DNA of 62,545 nucleotides, from positions 1-62,545 of the forward strand of contig JAQBXL010000002.1 of assembly GCA_027624135.1 (NCBI GenBank), in the 5' to 3' direction. The notes beneath the pieces are model-generated. The model was given only the letters and a program-made list of their open reading frames with translations, was not told the DNA's origin and ran no database searches. Origin of the DNA: Chloroflexota bacterium (lineage in GTDB: Bacteria > Chloroflexota > Dehalococcoidia > Lucifugimonadales > UBA3495). Shown piece by piece: positions 34,601 through 43,387 of this stretch (its first letter is position 1; each line of letters begins with the position of its first letter). Made by a program: the position numbers and the translations under genes.

Positions 34601-35233
34601 CTAGATTACCCCGTGAGGCCAGGGGGGCTGAGGACGCTTGAACTCGCCGACGTGATTAAATTCACTCATGGCCTTGGTCAGGGTGTCGTAGATCTCCACT
34701 GCCTGTTCATCCGGAGGAATGAACATCTTCAGGAAGGTGGCGTTGTTTTCGCCAAACACGAAGGTCGGGACACCGAAGGCGCCGTACTCTTCCACTGCTA
34801 TGGTGTGGGACTTACCGATGTCTTCCAGTAAGTCCGGGTCTTTCTGGTCTTCTCGGAAACGGGCCATATCCAGACCGGCGGCGACCGCGGCTTCTTCCAT
34901 GACTGCCGGGTCGGTCAGGTCCTTCTTATCTTCGTGGCGGGCCCGGAGCAGAGTCATGAAGAATGACTTGAACGCTTCATCGCCCTGGCGTTTGGCGGCG
35001 AGGCCCGACATATGTGCCAGGAAGGTATTGTCGGTTCCGTCCAACACCCCAGGCTGCTCCCAGAGCTTGACGTCGTTTTCTCTGTCGCTGTTCACCTGGG
35101 CCAGTGAGAACGGTTGCCAATCTACAGTAACTGTCTTTCCGGTAGACTCTTCAACTTTCGACAGCCACACGGCTGCGTTGTACACGAAGGGTCAACGAAA
35201 GTCATAGAAAGTAGTGAAATCTGCATCGGCCAT
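34601..35233 (-). CDS. DsbA-like thioredoxin-fold selenoprotein (Sec at codon 14; U-P-F-V in place of C-P-x-C/S)
   Basis: ATG 35233 follows GGGAGG. My translation is MADADFTTFYDFR-U-PFVYNAAVWLSK..., in frame with ORF 34601..35185. TGA at 35192-35194 (minus strand) occupies the DxxCPxxY active-site position of DsbA/HCCA-isomerase-like proteins. Confidence 0.78.
35161..35176 (-). promoter_or_regulatory. Candidate bacterial SECIS hairpin for the DsbA-like gene
   Basis: The minus strand reads G-CAGCC-GUGU-GGCUG-U. Starts 15 nt after the UGA, with G/U in the loop. Confidence 0.55.
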
Positions 35234-35389
35234 TGTCTTTCCTCCCAATCGTCTGCGGTTCCCGCGGACGTACGAACCTTTAGTAAGTACGCACGATTGG
35301 ATTGTATCCACCTAACTTTGTGTTGTCAAAGCGAAGTAAACAGAGTTTTGTGGGTTTTAGAAAGCGCCCTACAGGGTCTGGAATCACGC

Positions 35390-35416
35390 TTGGCCTATTA
35401 GGCTCCATGATATAAT
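35390..35416 (+). promoter_or_regulatory. Possible extended -10 promoter upstream of cca
   Basis: TTGGCC-N15-TGATATAAT (perfect TATAAT at 35411-35416 with an upstream TG). The spacer is short. Confidence 0.3.
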
Positions 35417-35528
35417 CTGAGCTTCCGTTCCTGCCCCGAAAAGGAGGCATTTCACGCCTGATTCTCCCGCGATTCGCATATCTCTAGACAAGGTTGCTGA
35501 CGGCGTCAGCGCCGGGCAACTGGCCGTA

Positions 35529-36746
35529 TTGCGATCCCTGCGCCGCCGCGCCGAGTCGAATGATCTCCCGGTCTATCTTGTTGGGGGGCCAGTCCGGGAC
35601 GCCATCTTGGGCATTCCGTCTAAAGACCTGGACTTTGTTGTTTTGGGTGATGCGCCAACCCTGGCAGCCGATTTGGCCCACGAGCTTGGCTGCGGCGTAA
35701 CCGTGCATCCCAGATTTGGCACTGCCACGGTGGAGATGGAAGATGACCGGGTCGATGTGGTCACCGCAAGAAAGGAGACCTATCCGTATCCGGGTTCCCT
35801 CCCGCAGGTGACCGCCGGCAGCCTCGACGATGATCTGGCTCGGCGAGATTTTGCCATAAACGCCATGGCGCTGCCGTTGGCCGGAGATTCTCCCGAAGTT
35901 ATCGACCCCCACGGCGGGATCCACGACCTGCGCATCAAACTCGTCCGTACCTTGCACCCCGGCAGTTTCGTGGATGACCCGACCAGGATGCTGCGGGCCA
36001 TTCGTTATGAGCAAAGACTGGGCTTTCAGATCGCTGAGAGCAGCTTGTCCGAACTGCAGAGATCGTTGGGGGAAGGCCACGCCTCGGCGGTCACCGGAGA
36101 CCGGTGGCGGCAGGAGCTGCAAAAGATATTCGAAGAAGACTGGGCGGCTGATATGCTGCTTCGATCCATCGAACTGGGAGTGCTGACCGCGGTTCACCCT
36201 GCCCTGTCTGACGGTCAAGGACTGGCCCGCCTGGCTGGCCTGGCTGGCCAGGCTGGTGAAAACGATTTGGAACTGCAGGGTTTGGGTCCCTTGGGTGCGA
36301 TGGATTATCTGGCCGCGCTGGTCGCTTCATTAAAACCCGGCGATGGAGATTCGGTGAAGCGCAGGCTGAATCTGCCTGCTGCCTGGGCGCGGGTTGTCCG
36401 TGATACTATTGCACTGAGAGAATTGGCCCCGGCCCTTTCCGGACCGTCTGTCAGGCCCTCGGTGGTCTGTCAGGCTTTGGATGGCCTCGACCCCGACGCC
36501 ATTACGGCATCGGCTCGGCTCTTCCGAGACTCCCAGCTTGCTGGGCGGCTTCGCAGTTACCTTGCTGAGTGGCGGCTGATTACGCCGGAATTGACTGGCG
36601 ACGATCTGATGGCGATAGGCGTAACGGCCGGCCCTGATGTCGGTCAGGTCCTTAGAGAACTGAATTCGGCGAAACAAGATGGCCTGGTCAACAGCGAAGA
36701 TGAGGAACGGGCCTTGGTGAATAAAATTATCTCGAGAGGGAGTTGA
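35529..36746 (+). CDS. cca: CCA-adding enzyme / tRNA nucleotidyltransferase (poly(A) polymerase family)
   Basis: VYLVGGPVRDAILG...KDLDFVV motif. The start is uncertain: TTG 35529 is the ORF-track call, CTG 35520 is possible, and upstream in-frame residues look conserved. Confidence 0.85.
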   Translation: MRSLRRRAESNDLPVYLVGGPVRDAILGIPSKDLDFVVLGDAPTLAADLAHELGCGVTVHPRFGTATVEMEDDRVDVVTARKETYPYPGSLPQVTAGSLDDDLARRDFAINAMALPLAGDSPEVIDPHGGIHDLRIKLVRTLHPGSFVDDPTRMLRAIRYEQRLGFQIAESSLSELQRSLGEGHASAVTGDRWRQELQKIFEEDWAADMLLRSIELGVLTAVHPALSDGQGLARLAGLAGQAGENDLELQGLGPLGAMDYLAALVASLKPGDGDSVKRRLNLPAAWARVVRDTIALRELAPALSGPSVRPSVVCQALDGLDPDAITASARLFRDSQLAGRLRSYLAEWRLITPELTGDDLMAIGVTAGPDVGQVLRELNSAKQDGLVNSEDEERALVNKIISRGS

Positions 36747-36756
36747 TCTCCAGATA

Positions 36757-37002
36757 ATGGCAGAACAGATGGGTATCCCCGAGAACCCGGAATCTCCTGA
36801 TAGCGAATTGGAGTCTTGCGTCATCTGTGACGAGGCTTTGGACGGCATCCAAGAGACTTCCTGTCAGCAATGCGGTGGGAAGTTCCACCAGCCGTGGAGC
36901 CAAGACAGCACAGTTCCCCAATGCGGCCGCATCGGCAGCCATGAAGACGCACTGGCCATCGTGTTCCTTTGCGACGATTGCTACTATGGACGCCGCCCCT
37001 AG
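36757..37002 (+). CDS. Small Cys-rich zinc-ribbon-like protein
   Basis: 81 aa. CVIC...CQQC...C...CDDC. Confidence 0.45.
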   Translation: MAEQMGIPENPESPDSELESCVICDEALDGIQETSCQQCGGKFHQPWSQDSTVPQCGRIGSHEDALAIVFLCDDCYYGRRP

Positions 37003-37099
37003 TTAACCCCCCGCGCTTGCACCTATTTGAATTCCTGAAAGCCGACAGCCGATGATTGAAGGCTGCTGCCTAAGGAAAACTTGGCAGGAGAACTTGTCC

Positions 37100-38140
37100 A
37101 TGAAAGCAGTGTATATCGAAGCCCACGGAGGTCCCGAGGCTCTGATCTATGGCGACCGTCCCGAACCCCAAGTCCAGGCTGGCGAGGTCAAGATCAGGGT
37201 TAGGGCCACCGCCCTGAACCGGTTAGACCTTTACACCAGAGATGGGGGCCGTGGATTGGAACGGGAGTTTCCCCCGCCCTTGATCCTGGGCGGAGACTGC
37301 GCCGGTGAGATAGTGGAATGCGGCGACGGTGTGTCCGGTCTGAAACCCGGCGACCGGGTTGTGGTCAACCCAAGGCTCACCTGCATGCAGTGCGCGCCCT
37401 GTCTGGCGGGTCAGGATGACCTGTGCCGCCGTCCCCGGTTTCTGGGCAGCGCCATCGACGGCAGCTACGCCGAGTTCATCTCCATCCCTGCCGCCAATGC
37501 GCATCTACTCGCCGACAGCGTGTCGTTTGAGCTTGCCGCTGCGGCCCCGACCACATACCTGCCGATGTGGAACATGCTGGTGCGGCGGCTGCAATTGAAG
37601 CCGTGGCAGACGGTTCTGGTGCTTTCCGCATCAGCAGGTGTGGGCACCGCCGCGATACAGATGGCCAAGGACGTCATCGGCGCCAAGGTCATCGCCACCA
37701 CCAGCAGTCCGGAGAAAGCCGCCAAGGCATCGGAGTTGGGCGCCGACGTGGTGATCAACTATAACGAGGAAGATATCAGAGAGAGAGTGCGGGAGATCAC
37801 CGGAGGAGCGGGCGTCGACTGTGTGGTTGACCATGTTGGCGCAGACTTCTTCGCGCCGGCCTTTGCCTCGCTTCGGATGGGCGGCCGATACGGCATCTGC
37901 GGCGCGACCACGGGGCTTCGGACCGAACTGCACCTGGGCCAGTTGTTCAGCCAGCAGAAAGAGATCTACGGCGTGTTCATGGGGACCAAAGAGGACATGC
38001 GGGAGATAGTGGAGATGCTGAACCGGGGCGTGGTCAAACCGTCGGTCGACCGGACCTTCCCGCTGGCCGAAGCCGCCGCCGCCCACCAGGCTATGGAGGC
38101 GACCAGCTTCTTCGGCAAGCTGATTCTGACGCAAGCTTAG
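37100..38140 (+). CDS. Zinc-type alcohol dehydrogenase / quinone oxidoreductase (MDR superfamily)
   Basis: MKAVYIEAHGGPEAL..., GDRVVV, and the ASAGVGTAAIQ nucleotide-binding motif. Start set at ATG 37100 after AGGAG. Confidence 0.85.
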   Translation: MKAVYIEAHGGPEALIYGDRPEPQVQAGEVKIRVRATALNRLDLYTRDGGRGLEREFPPPLILGGDCAGEIVECGDGVSGLKPGDRVVVNPRLTCMQCAPCLAGQDDLCRRPRFLGSAIDGSYAEFISIPAANAHLLADSVSFELAAAAPTTYLPMWNMLVRRLQLKPWQTVLVLSASAGVGTAAIQMAKDVIGAKVIATTSSPEKAAKASELGADVVINYNEEDIRERVREITGGAGVDCVVDHVGADFFAPAFASLRMGGRYGICGATTGLRTELHLGQLFSQQKEIYGVFMGTKEDMREIVEMLNRGVVKPSVDRTFPLAEAAAAHQAMEATSFFGKLILTQA

Positions 38141-38143
38141 CGA

Positions 38144-39061
38144 TCAGCTTTCAGATTTCTTCCTTAGGCGTTGGCCGTGGAAGAGGTATTGCTGGGAGTA
38201 GCCGCCGTAACGGCCAAAGTGTTCTTGGGCCCATTCCAGCAGCACCCGGTCCGGCGGAGTCTTCTGTCCGGGGAAGTACCACTCACTCAGCGCCCGGCGA
38301 ATCCACACGTCGATGGGGAACGCCTCCAGCTTCTCCAGAGAGAATACCGCGACGCAGTCGGCGATCTTTGAGCCGATCCCCTTGATCTCCATCAAGGCCG
38401 CTTTGGCCTCCGGATAGGGCATACGCACCAGCGCCGCCAGGTCCAACTTTCCTTCCAGAACGGCGCTTGCTGCTTGGTCCACGTAGGGGGCGCGGAAGCC
38501 CAACCCCAGCCGCCTCAACTCGCTTTCTCCGGCCTCGACTAGATCGGCGGGACTGGGAAAGGTGTAACGGGTCTGACCGTTGAGCGATAGTGGACGGCCA
38601 AGCTCCTCAGACATCCGCTCCATCAACTGGTGGATGCGGGCGATGTTGTTGTTGGCTGAGCAGATGAAGGCCACCAAGCATTCCCAAGGCTCTGTGCGCA
38701 GTATTCGAAGCCCTGGATATTTGTTGACCATCGCTGCCACACGGTCGTCGCGGACGATGTCCGAGTAGATGGCGTCCAGATCGTCGTCGAAACGGAAGTA
38801 ATCCCGCAGCATAGCCGCAGCCGTTGCTTCTGGTGACGGTCCCGAAGAAAATTCCACCACCTTATCTCTCTGACGGATCTGTATGAACTCTTCGCGGACG
38901 ACGCCGTAATACCAACCGTCCACCTTTTCCCACCGGTGGGCCTGGCCGCTCTCCAAGCTCGATCCAAGATCAAAGGGTTGGTCAATCGTCAGTTCCACAG
39001 TCTTCTCCGGGCGTGTTGATTGGGCAGAGGGGTTTTCGGGAAAATAGTTTAGGCGATCCAT
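38144..39061 (-). CDS. ogg: 8-oxoguanine DNA glycosylase (OGG1 family, HhH-GPD)
   Basis: EPWECLVAFICSANNNIARIHQLMERMSEELG closely resembles the OGG1 ICSSNNNIARI block. The start is taken at ATG 39061, which overlaps the upstream stop by 13 nt, and is uncertain. Confidence 0.85.
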   Translation of the reverse strand: MDRLNYFPENPSAQSTRPEKTVELTIDQPFDLGSSLESGQAHRWEKVDGWYYGVVREEFIQIRQRDKVVEFSSGPSPEATAAAMLRDYFRFDDDLDAIYSDIVRDDRVAAMVNKYPGLRILRTEPWECLVAFICSANNNIARIHQLMERMSEELGRPLSLNGQTRYTFPSPADLVEAGESELRRLGLGFRAPYVDQAASAVLEGKLDLAALVRMPYPEAKAALMEIKGIGSKIADCVAVFSLEKLEAFPIDVWIRRALSEWYFPGQKTPPDRVLLEWAQEHFGRYGGYSQQYLFHGQRLRKKSES

Positions 39062-41868
39062 TGGGCGGCCAGTTGGCCAACGCTGGCCAAGCTGCTTGGT
39101 TTTAGGGTGCAAGGCGGGATCGACCGCAAGAAGGAATTGCCATAGGACCGGCCGGTGATCCGGTTGTCCATGATGACAATGGTGCCTTTGTCCTCTTTGT
39201 TGCGGATGATGCGGCCGAAGCCCTGGCGGAACCGGAGCACAGCTTGGGGGACGGTGAACTCGTTGAAGGGTTCTTGATATTGTTCGGAGCGGGCTCTTAC
39301 CACCGGGTCGGTGGGCACATGAAAGGGCAACCGGGTCAGGACCAGGCCTTTCAGCATTCCAGATGGCAGGTCCACCCCTTCCCAGAAGCTGCTGGTGCCC
39401 AGGAGCACGCTGTTTGGTTCCTCCCCGAATCGGGTCATCAGTTGCTGGGCCGAGCCATCGATGCTCTGGGCCAGAACTTGGATCCCTTCGCCCATCAGGG
39501 GCGCGCGGAGCCGCTGGGCTACTGCCCTGAGCGAGGCGTAGGAGGTGAACAGGGCCATGGTTCGTCCATTCAAGGAGGTCCCGAGATCGGTCAAGACTTT
39601 GACCATGGAATCCACGTACCGGTCCGAATTGGGCGCAGGCATGTCTTCTGGAATCAGGAGCAGGGCCGCCTTCTGATAGTCGAAGGGAGAACCCACCAAC
39701 AGTTCTTGGGCGTCGCTGCCAACCCCGACCCGGCCTTTGAAGTAATCGAAACTGCCTTCGGTGCTGAGGGTGGCGCTGGTCAGGACTACGCTGTCTTTAT
39801 GCTGGAACAGATTGGCCGAGAGGGTACTGCTGATGTCCAATGGCGCCGAGTTGAGGGCGATTATGGAGTTGCCCCGCACCTGGTCGTTGCTGATCCAGTG
39901 GATGTCGGCGTCCTGCGGGTTGCCCAATATCGATCCCAAGTTTCCCCGTAGAGATTCCACATCGTCCATCAAGCTGGCGGTTTCCATCACCAGGGCAGGC
40001 TGGTCCCCGGCACCGGGTAGTTGGGTTGATTCTAGGAAGCGGTGCAGACGGCCCACAGTCTGGGCGGCCTGTTGCAGGCCGACATCCAGGTTCTCCCAGG
40101 CCAGGTGCAGGTCGCCCCAACTCTTGGTGCCCCTGATATCAGATGTGATCAACAGTTGCGGGCCATTGTCTCGGGAATCGGGTTTTTGGTTAGCCTGGAA
40201 ACGCTCCACCTCCGCCCAAAGACGGACCCAGATCTGCCGTACCCTGGCCGACTCGCCTTCCACCGCGGATACGGCGGTCTCCGCATCTTGCCGCACCGTT
40301 GATGCCAGATCTTGGCCAGCCATCGCTTGGCGTAGCTGGGTGGTCAGACGTGCCTGTGGCTCCCAAACCTCGTCCAGTTTGTCCTGGGACACGTTGAAAC
40401 CCAACTGCCTCGTGGCTTCGTCCTCCAGATTGTGGGCTTCGTCGATCACCAGGTGCTGATACTCCGGGATCAGGCCGCCCCCCCGGGCCAGGTCTGACAA
40501 CAGCAAGGCGTGGTTGACGACCAGGATATGAGCCTGGTCAGCCCGTTCTCTGGCCGCGCGCAGGAAACAGGGCGAGCCGTCCCTCAATCCAGGGCAGAAT
40601 CCTTTTTCGCCAGCCGATACGTGGTTCCATGAAGCGGAGTCCCGTCCCGCCAGGTTGATCTCCGCCCGGTCGCCGCTCAGGGTGTTTTGCATCCAGACCG
40701 AGGTCTTGGACAAAAGACGGGCGTCATCCACTGTCGGCGAGTCGCTGCGGGCCAGATGGTTCCAACGCCGCAGACAAAGGTAATTAGCCCGGCCTTTCAG
40801 CAGCGCCGCCTTAAGGACGCCTGGTTCGACCAGACCCGATTTCTCCAACACTTCGGTCAGCGCAGGGATGTCTTTGTTCATCAGCTGCTCTTGCAGGTTG
40901 ATGGTGTTGGTTGAGATCACCACCCGCTGTCCCTTGGAGATGGCGAAGAGCGCCGAGGGCAGCAGGTAGGCCATGGATTTGCCCACCCCGGTTCCCCCCT
41001 CAACCACCAGATGTTGATTGTGGTATGTGGCTTTGGTTACTCCGGTCAGCATCTGTTCTTGTTCGGCGCGGTGCTCGAATCCGGCAAACACCTTGGAGAA
41101 TGGGCCATTCGCGGCCAATAGCCCGGCCACTTTGTCTTCGGTGAGGTCGTTCAGCGATGGGTCGGCGCGGCGTTTCTCCGGGGAACCCAGCCGGACGGCC
41201 AACTGCTCAAGGTCGAGACCGGTCAGACCAACCGACGAAGTTTGGCTGCTGCCAACCCCCTCAAGACCGGCCAGTATCCCGCTGATGGACCACCGGCTGC
41301 GGGCTGCCAGGTTGGAAAGATAGGCCAGCAACCCGGAGTCCTGCTCGGCCGCCAGACGCAGCAACTTGATGTACACGTTCTTGGTCGCCATGGCGTCGGC
41401 CAAGGCCCGGTGGGCGTCGGTATGCTCCACTCCAAAGTGGGTGGTCAGGTACTTCAGGGAGTACTGCCGCGACCGGGGCATGAAGACCGAGGCCAAGTCC
41501 CAAGTGTCGTAGGATGGGTTGCTCAGATTGACGCCACTGCTGGCCAGGAAGCCGATGTCGAACTGGATATTGTGGCCGATGATGGGATCCGCCCCGAGAA
41601 AGTCTTCGATCTCTGCTGCGATCGAAGAGAAAAATGGCGCGCGCTTCACCTGTTGGGGCGAGATGTGGGTGAGCCGCTGGATGAATTCGGGTATGGGCTG
41701 GCCGGGGTTGACGAACGTCTGGTAGGTCTCGATGACCTCGTCTCCGCGAAACCTAACGGCGCCGATCTCCATGATGGCGTGGCGGTCTTTGTCCAGGCCG
41801 GTGGTCTCCAGGTCGAGGGCGACGTTGACCTGCTCAAAGGGGGAAATGTCTGTATCGAAAAGAACCAT
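39049..41868 (-). CDS. dinG: Bifunctional DnaQ-like 3'-5' exonuclease / DinG-family ATP-dependent DNA helicase
   Basis: 939 aa. N-terminal VALDLETTGLD Exo I motif, Walker A GTGVGKS and DEAH box VIDEAHNLED. Confidence 0.88.
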   Translation of the reverse strand: MVLFDTDISPFEQVNVALDLETTGLDKDRHAIMEIGAVRFRGDEVIETYQTFVNPGQPIPEFIQRLTHISPQQVKRAPFFSSIAAEIEDFLGADPIIGHNIQFDIGFLASSGVNLSNPSYDTWDLASVFMPRSRQYSLKYLTTHFGVEHTDAHRALADAMATKNVYIKLLRLAAEQDSGLLAYLSNLAARSRWSISGILAGLEGVGSSQTSSVGLTGLDLEQLAVRLGSPEKRRADPSLNDLTEDKVAGLLAANGPFSKVFAGFEHRAEQEQMLTGVTKATYHNQHLVVEGGTGVGKSMAYLLPSALFAISKGQRVVISTNTINLQEQLMNKDIPALTEVLEKSGLVEPGVLKAALLKGRANYLCLRRWNHLARSDSPTVDDARLLSKTSVWMQNTLSGDRAEINLAGRDSASWNHVSAGEKGFCPGLRDGSPCFLRAARERADQAHILVVNHALLLSDLARGGGLIPEYQHLVIDEAHNLEDEATRQLGFNVSQDKLDEVWEPQARLTTQLRQAMAGQDLASTVRQDAETAVSAVEGESARVRQIWVRLWAEVERFQANQKPDSRDNGPQLLITSDIRGTKSWGDLHLAWENLDVGLQQAAQTVGRLHRFLESTQLPGAGDQPALVMETASLMDDVESLRGNLGSILGNPQDADIHWISNDQVRGNSIIALNSAPLDISSTLSANLFQHKDSVVLTSATLSTEGSFDYFKGRVGVGSDAQELLVGSPFDYQKAALLLIPEDMPAPNSDRYVDSMVKVLTDLGTSLNGRTMALFTSYASLRAVAQRLRAPLMGEGIQVLAQSIDGSAQQLMTRFGEEPNSVLLGTSSFWEGVDLPSGMLKGLVLTRLPFHVPTDPVVRARSEQYQEPFNEFTVPQAVLRFRQGFGRIIRNKEDKGTIVIMDNRITGRSYGNSFLRSIPPCTLKPSSLASVGQLAAQWIA

Positions 41869-42256
41869 TGGTGTCCCGTCCCAACCTCACGCATTGATTG
41901 TCATAACTTAGTATCGGCCCGATGCCGTGCCGAGGCAGTTTAGCACGCTTGGGACGCGGGTTCGACCCCAAAGTTACAGCTTTAGGCCGTGAATAGGGCA
42001 ATTCCACGGGCACGTTGTCGAATTACCGTGCAACCTGATGGGCCTTTTGCGGTAATCAAATTTCATTATGTGGACCGTCATCTAGGGGCATCTTGGCCGG
42101 GAAATGACAGGCCGTTCGGATATTATCAGGCCAAGTTGGGGTGCGCGATAATTTTCACGTGCTGATCTTGCAACCTTTCTCTGCGAGTGAATCAGGCTAC
42201 GGGAAGCTGAAAAGGCTTCCCGATTTTATGTGATCGACCAAACTGGAGGAATATAG

Positions 42257-43255
42257 ATGGCGAGAAATCTTGGGCGAAGGGTTCTGATTCTAGCGTTGTT
42301 CTCCTTGGCCGCGATCTTGGCTGTAGCATGCAGCGGGACATCTGATGCGACGGACATTGGCGAGACTGCAGAGCCAAGTAATCCGGGGCCCGCGCAAATC
42401 ACCCTTGGCGACGGGCCTGCAGGCGTCGCGGGCAGCCGGTTCACTGACCCTGACGTGGAGATCAACCTCACCGCAGATGTGATCCAGTGGCAGATATTGG
42501 ACGGAGAAACAGTTGAGCTCTGGGGCTATAACGGACAATACCCAGGTCCCGCTATTCGGGCCACGGAAGGAGATAAGGTCAGGGTCAATCTCACCAATAA
42601 CCTACCCGAGGCAACGACCATCCACTGGCACGGGATGGAGGTGCCAAATGATCAAGACGGTGTTCCGGGAATAACCCAAGCCGACATTCAGCCCGGCGAT
42701 TCCTGGACCTATGAGTTTATCGCTCCCAAATCTGGCACCTCGATGTACCATACCCACTCGAACACGATGGTTCAGCTATCCAGAGGACTATTTGGGGCAT
42801 TCGTGGTGGAGCCTCGTGGCGGTCTGCCACAGTACGACCGGGAGTACACGTTGCTGCTTCACGAAACGGCAGGGTTGTACACCATCAACGGACACGCTTT
42901 CCCGAAAACGCTTGAAGACGACCTTCTCAAGATCAAGACAGGGGAACGGATACTGATCCGAATGATAAACGTCGGGCAGCTCCACCACCCAATGCATCTT
43001 CATGGCCATCAATTCAAGGTAGTTCAGCTAGATGGCAATCCTCTGACATCACCGTTAGTGATGAATACCCAGGATATCGCCCCTGGGCAGACGGTGGATG
43101 TGGAAGTGAACGGTACCAATCCTGGGACCTGGGTTTTTCACTGCCATGTAATTGGGCACGTCACCAATAGAGGGGTATACCCAGGTGGCATGCTGATCGC
43201 CCTTGATTACGAAGACCACACTTCCTACATGGAAGAGCAGGCAGCGGCGAACTGA
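42257..43255 (+). CDS. Two-domain multicopper oxidase (lipoprotein signal)
   Basis: 332 aa. LAVAC-SG lipobox. Four Cu motifs: HWHG, HTHS, HPMHLHGH and HCHVIGH...M. Confidence 0.85.
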   Translation: MARNLGRRVLILALFSLAAILAVACSGTSDATDIGETAEPSNPGPAQITLGDGPAGVAGSRFTDPDVEINLTADVIQWQILDGETVELWGYNGQYPGPAIRATEGDKVRVNLTNNLPEATTIHWHGMEVPNDQDGVPGITQADIQPGDSWTYEFIAPKSGTSMYHTHSNTMVQLSRGLFGAFVVEPRGGLPQYDREYTLLLHETAGLYTINGHAFPKTLEDDLLKIKTGERILIRMINVGQLHHPMHLHGHQFKVVQLDGNPLTSPLVMNTQDIAPGQTVDVEVNGTNPGTWVFHCHVIGHVTNRGVYPGGMLIALDYEDHTSYMEEQAAAN

Positions 43256-43274
43256 GCTTAACGACAGGCGGGCA

Positions 43275-43302
43275 GTAGGATTTAAGCGGTAGGATTTAAG
43301 AG
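43275..43302. repeat. Tandem duplication of a 14-nt unit (GTAGGATTTAAGNG x2)
   Basis: The 12-nt core GTAGGATTTAAG occurs at 43275-43286 and 43289-43300. Confidence 0.85.
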
Positions 43303-43305
43303 AAC

Positions 43306-43348
43306 TGACGGGCACTTCTACTTGAGTAGGGTGCCCGTCACGGTTTTT
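43306..43348 (+). terminator. Intrinsic terminator after the multicopper oxidase gene
   Basis: Perfect 10-bp stem TGACGGGCAC/GTGCCCGTCA with an inner CTAC/GTAG extension, followed by CGGTTTTT. Confidence 0.7.
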
Positions 43349-43387
43349 GCAGTGACAGGGTTGAGCGGGTAGAACTGACTTGCCTGC

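Noticed and set aside
35441-35528. Strong AAGGAGG (35441-35447) downstream of a TATAAT box, but no canonical start codon in the cca frame at proper spacing. I considered a leader peptide or non-canonical initiation.
   Set aside because: The only candidates are ATT/CTG-initiated 9-12-codon ORFs in another frame, and ATT/ATA too far from the SD. The evidence is insufficient, so the cca start is simply flagged as uncertain.
36744-36760. Possible TGA read-through linking cca to the 81-aa zinc-ribbon ORF.
   Set aside because: The two ORFs are in different frames (offset 13 nt), and the in-frame continuation stops after 17 codons.
41949-41972. tRNA-like T-arm sequence (GCGGGTTCGACCCC) in the 388-nt dinG-MCO intergenic region. 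I checked it as a possible tRNA-Sec (selC) given the selenoproteins.
   Set aside because: No 5-bp T-stem can be formed. There is no UCA anticodon loop, acceptor stem or D-arm on either strand. It is only a TTGGG...CCCAA hairpin.
42201-42221. Hairpin GGGAAGC-TGAAAAG-GCTTCCC in the 5' region of the multicopper oxidase gene, considered as a terminator or riboswitch-like element.
   Set aside because: No upstream same-strand gene exists for it to terminate. The U-tract is weak (GATTTTATG) and I recognise no riboswitch motif.
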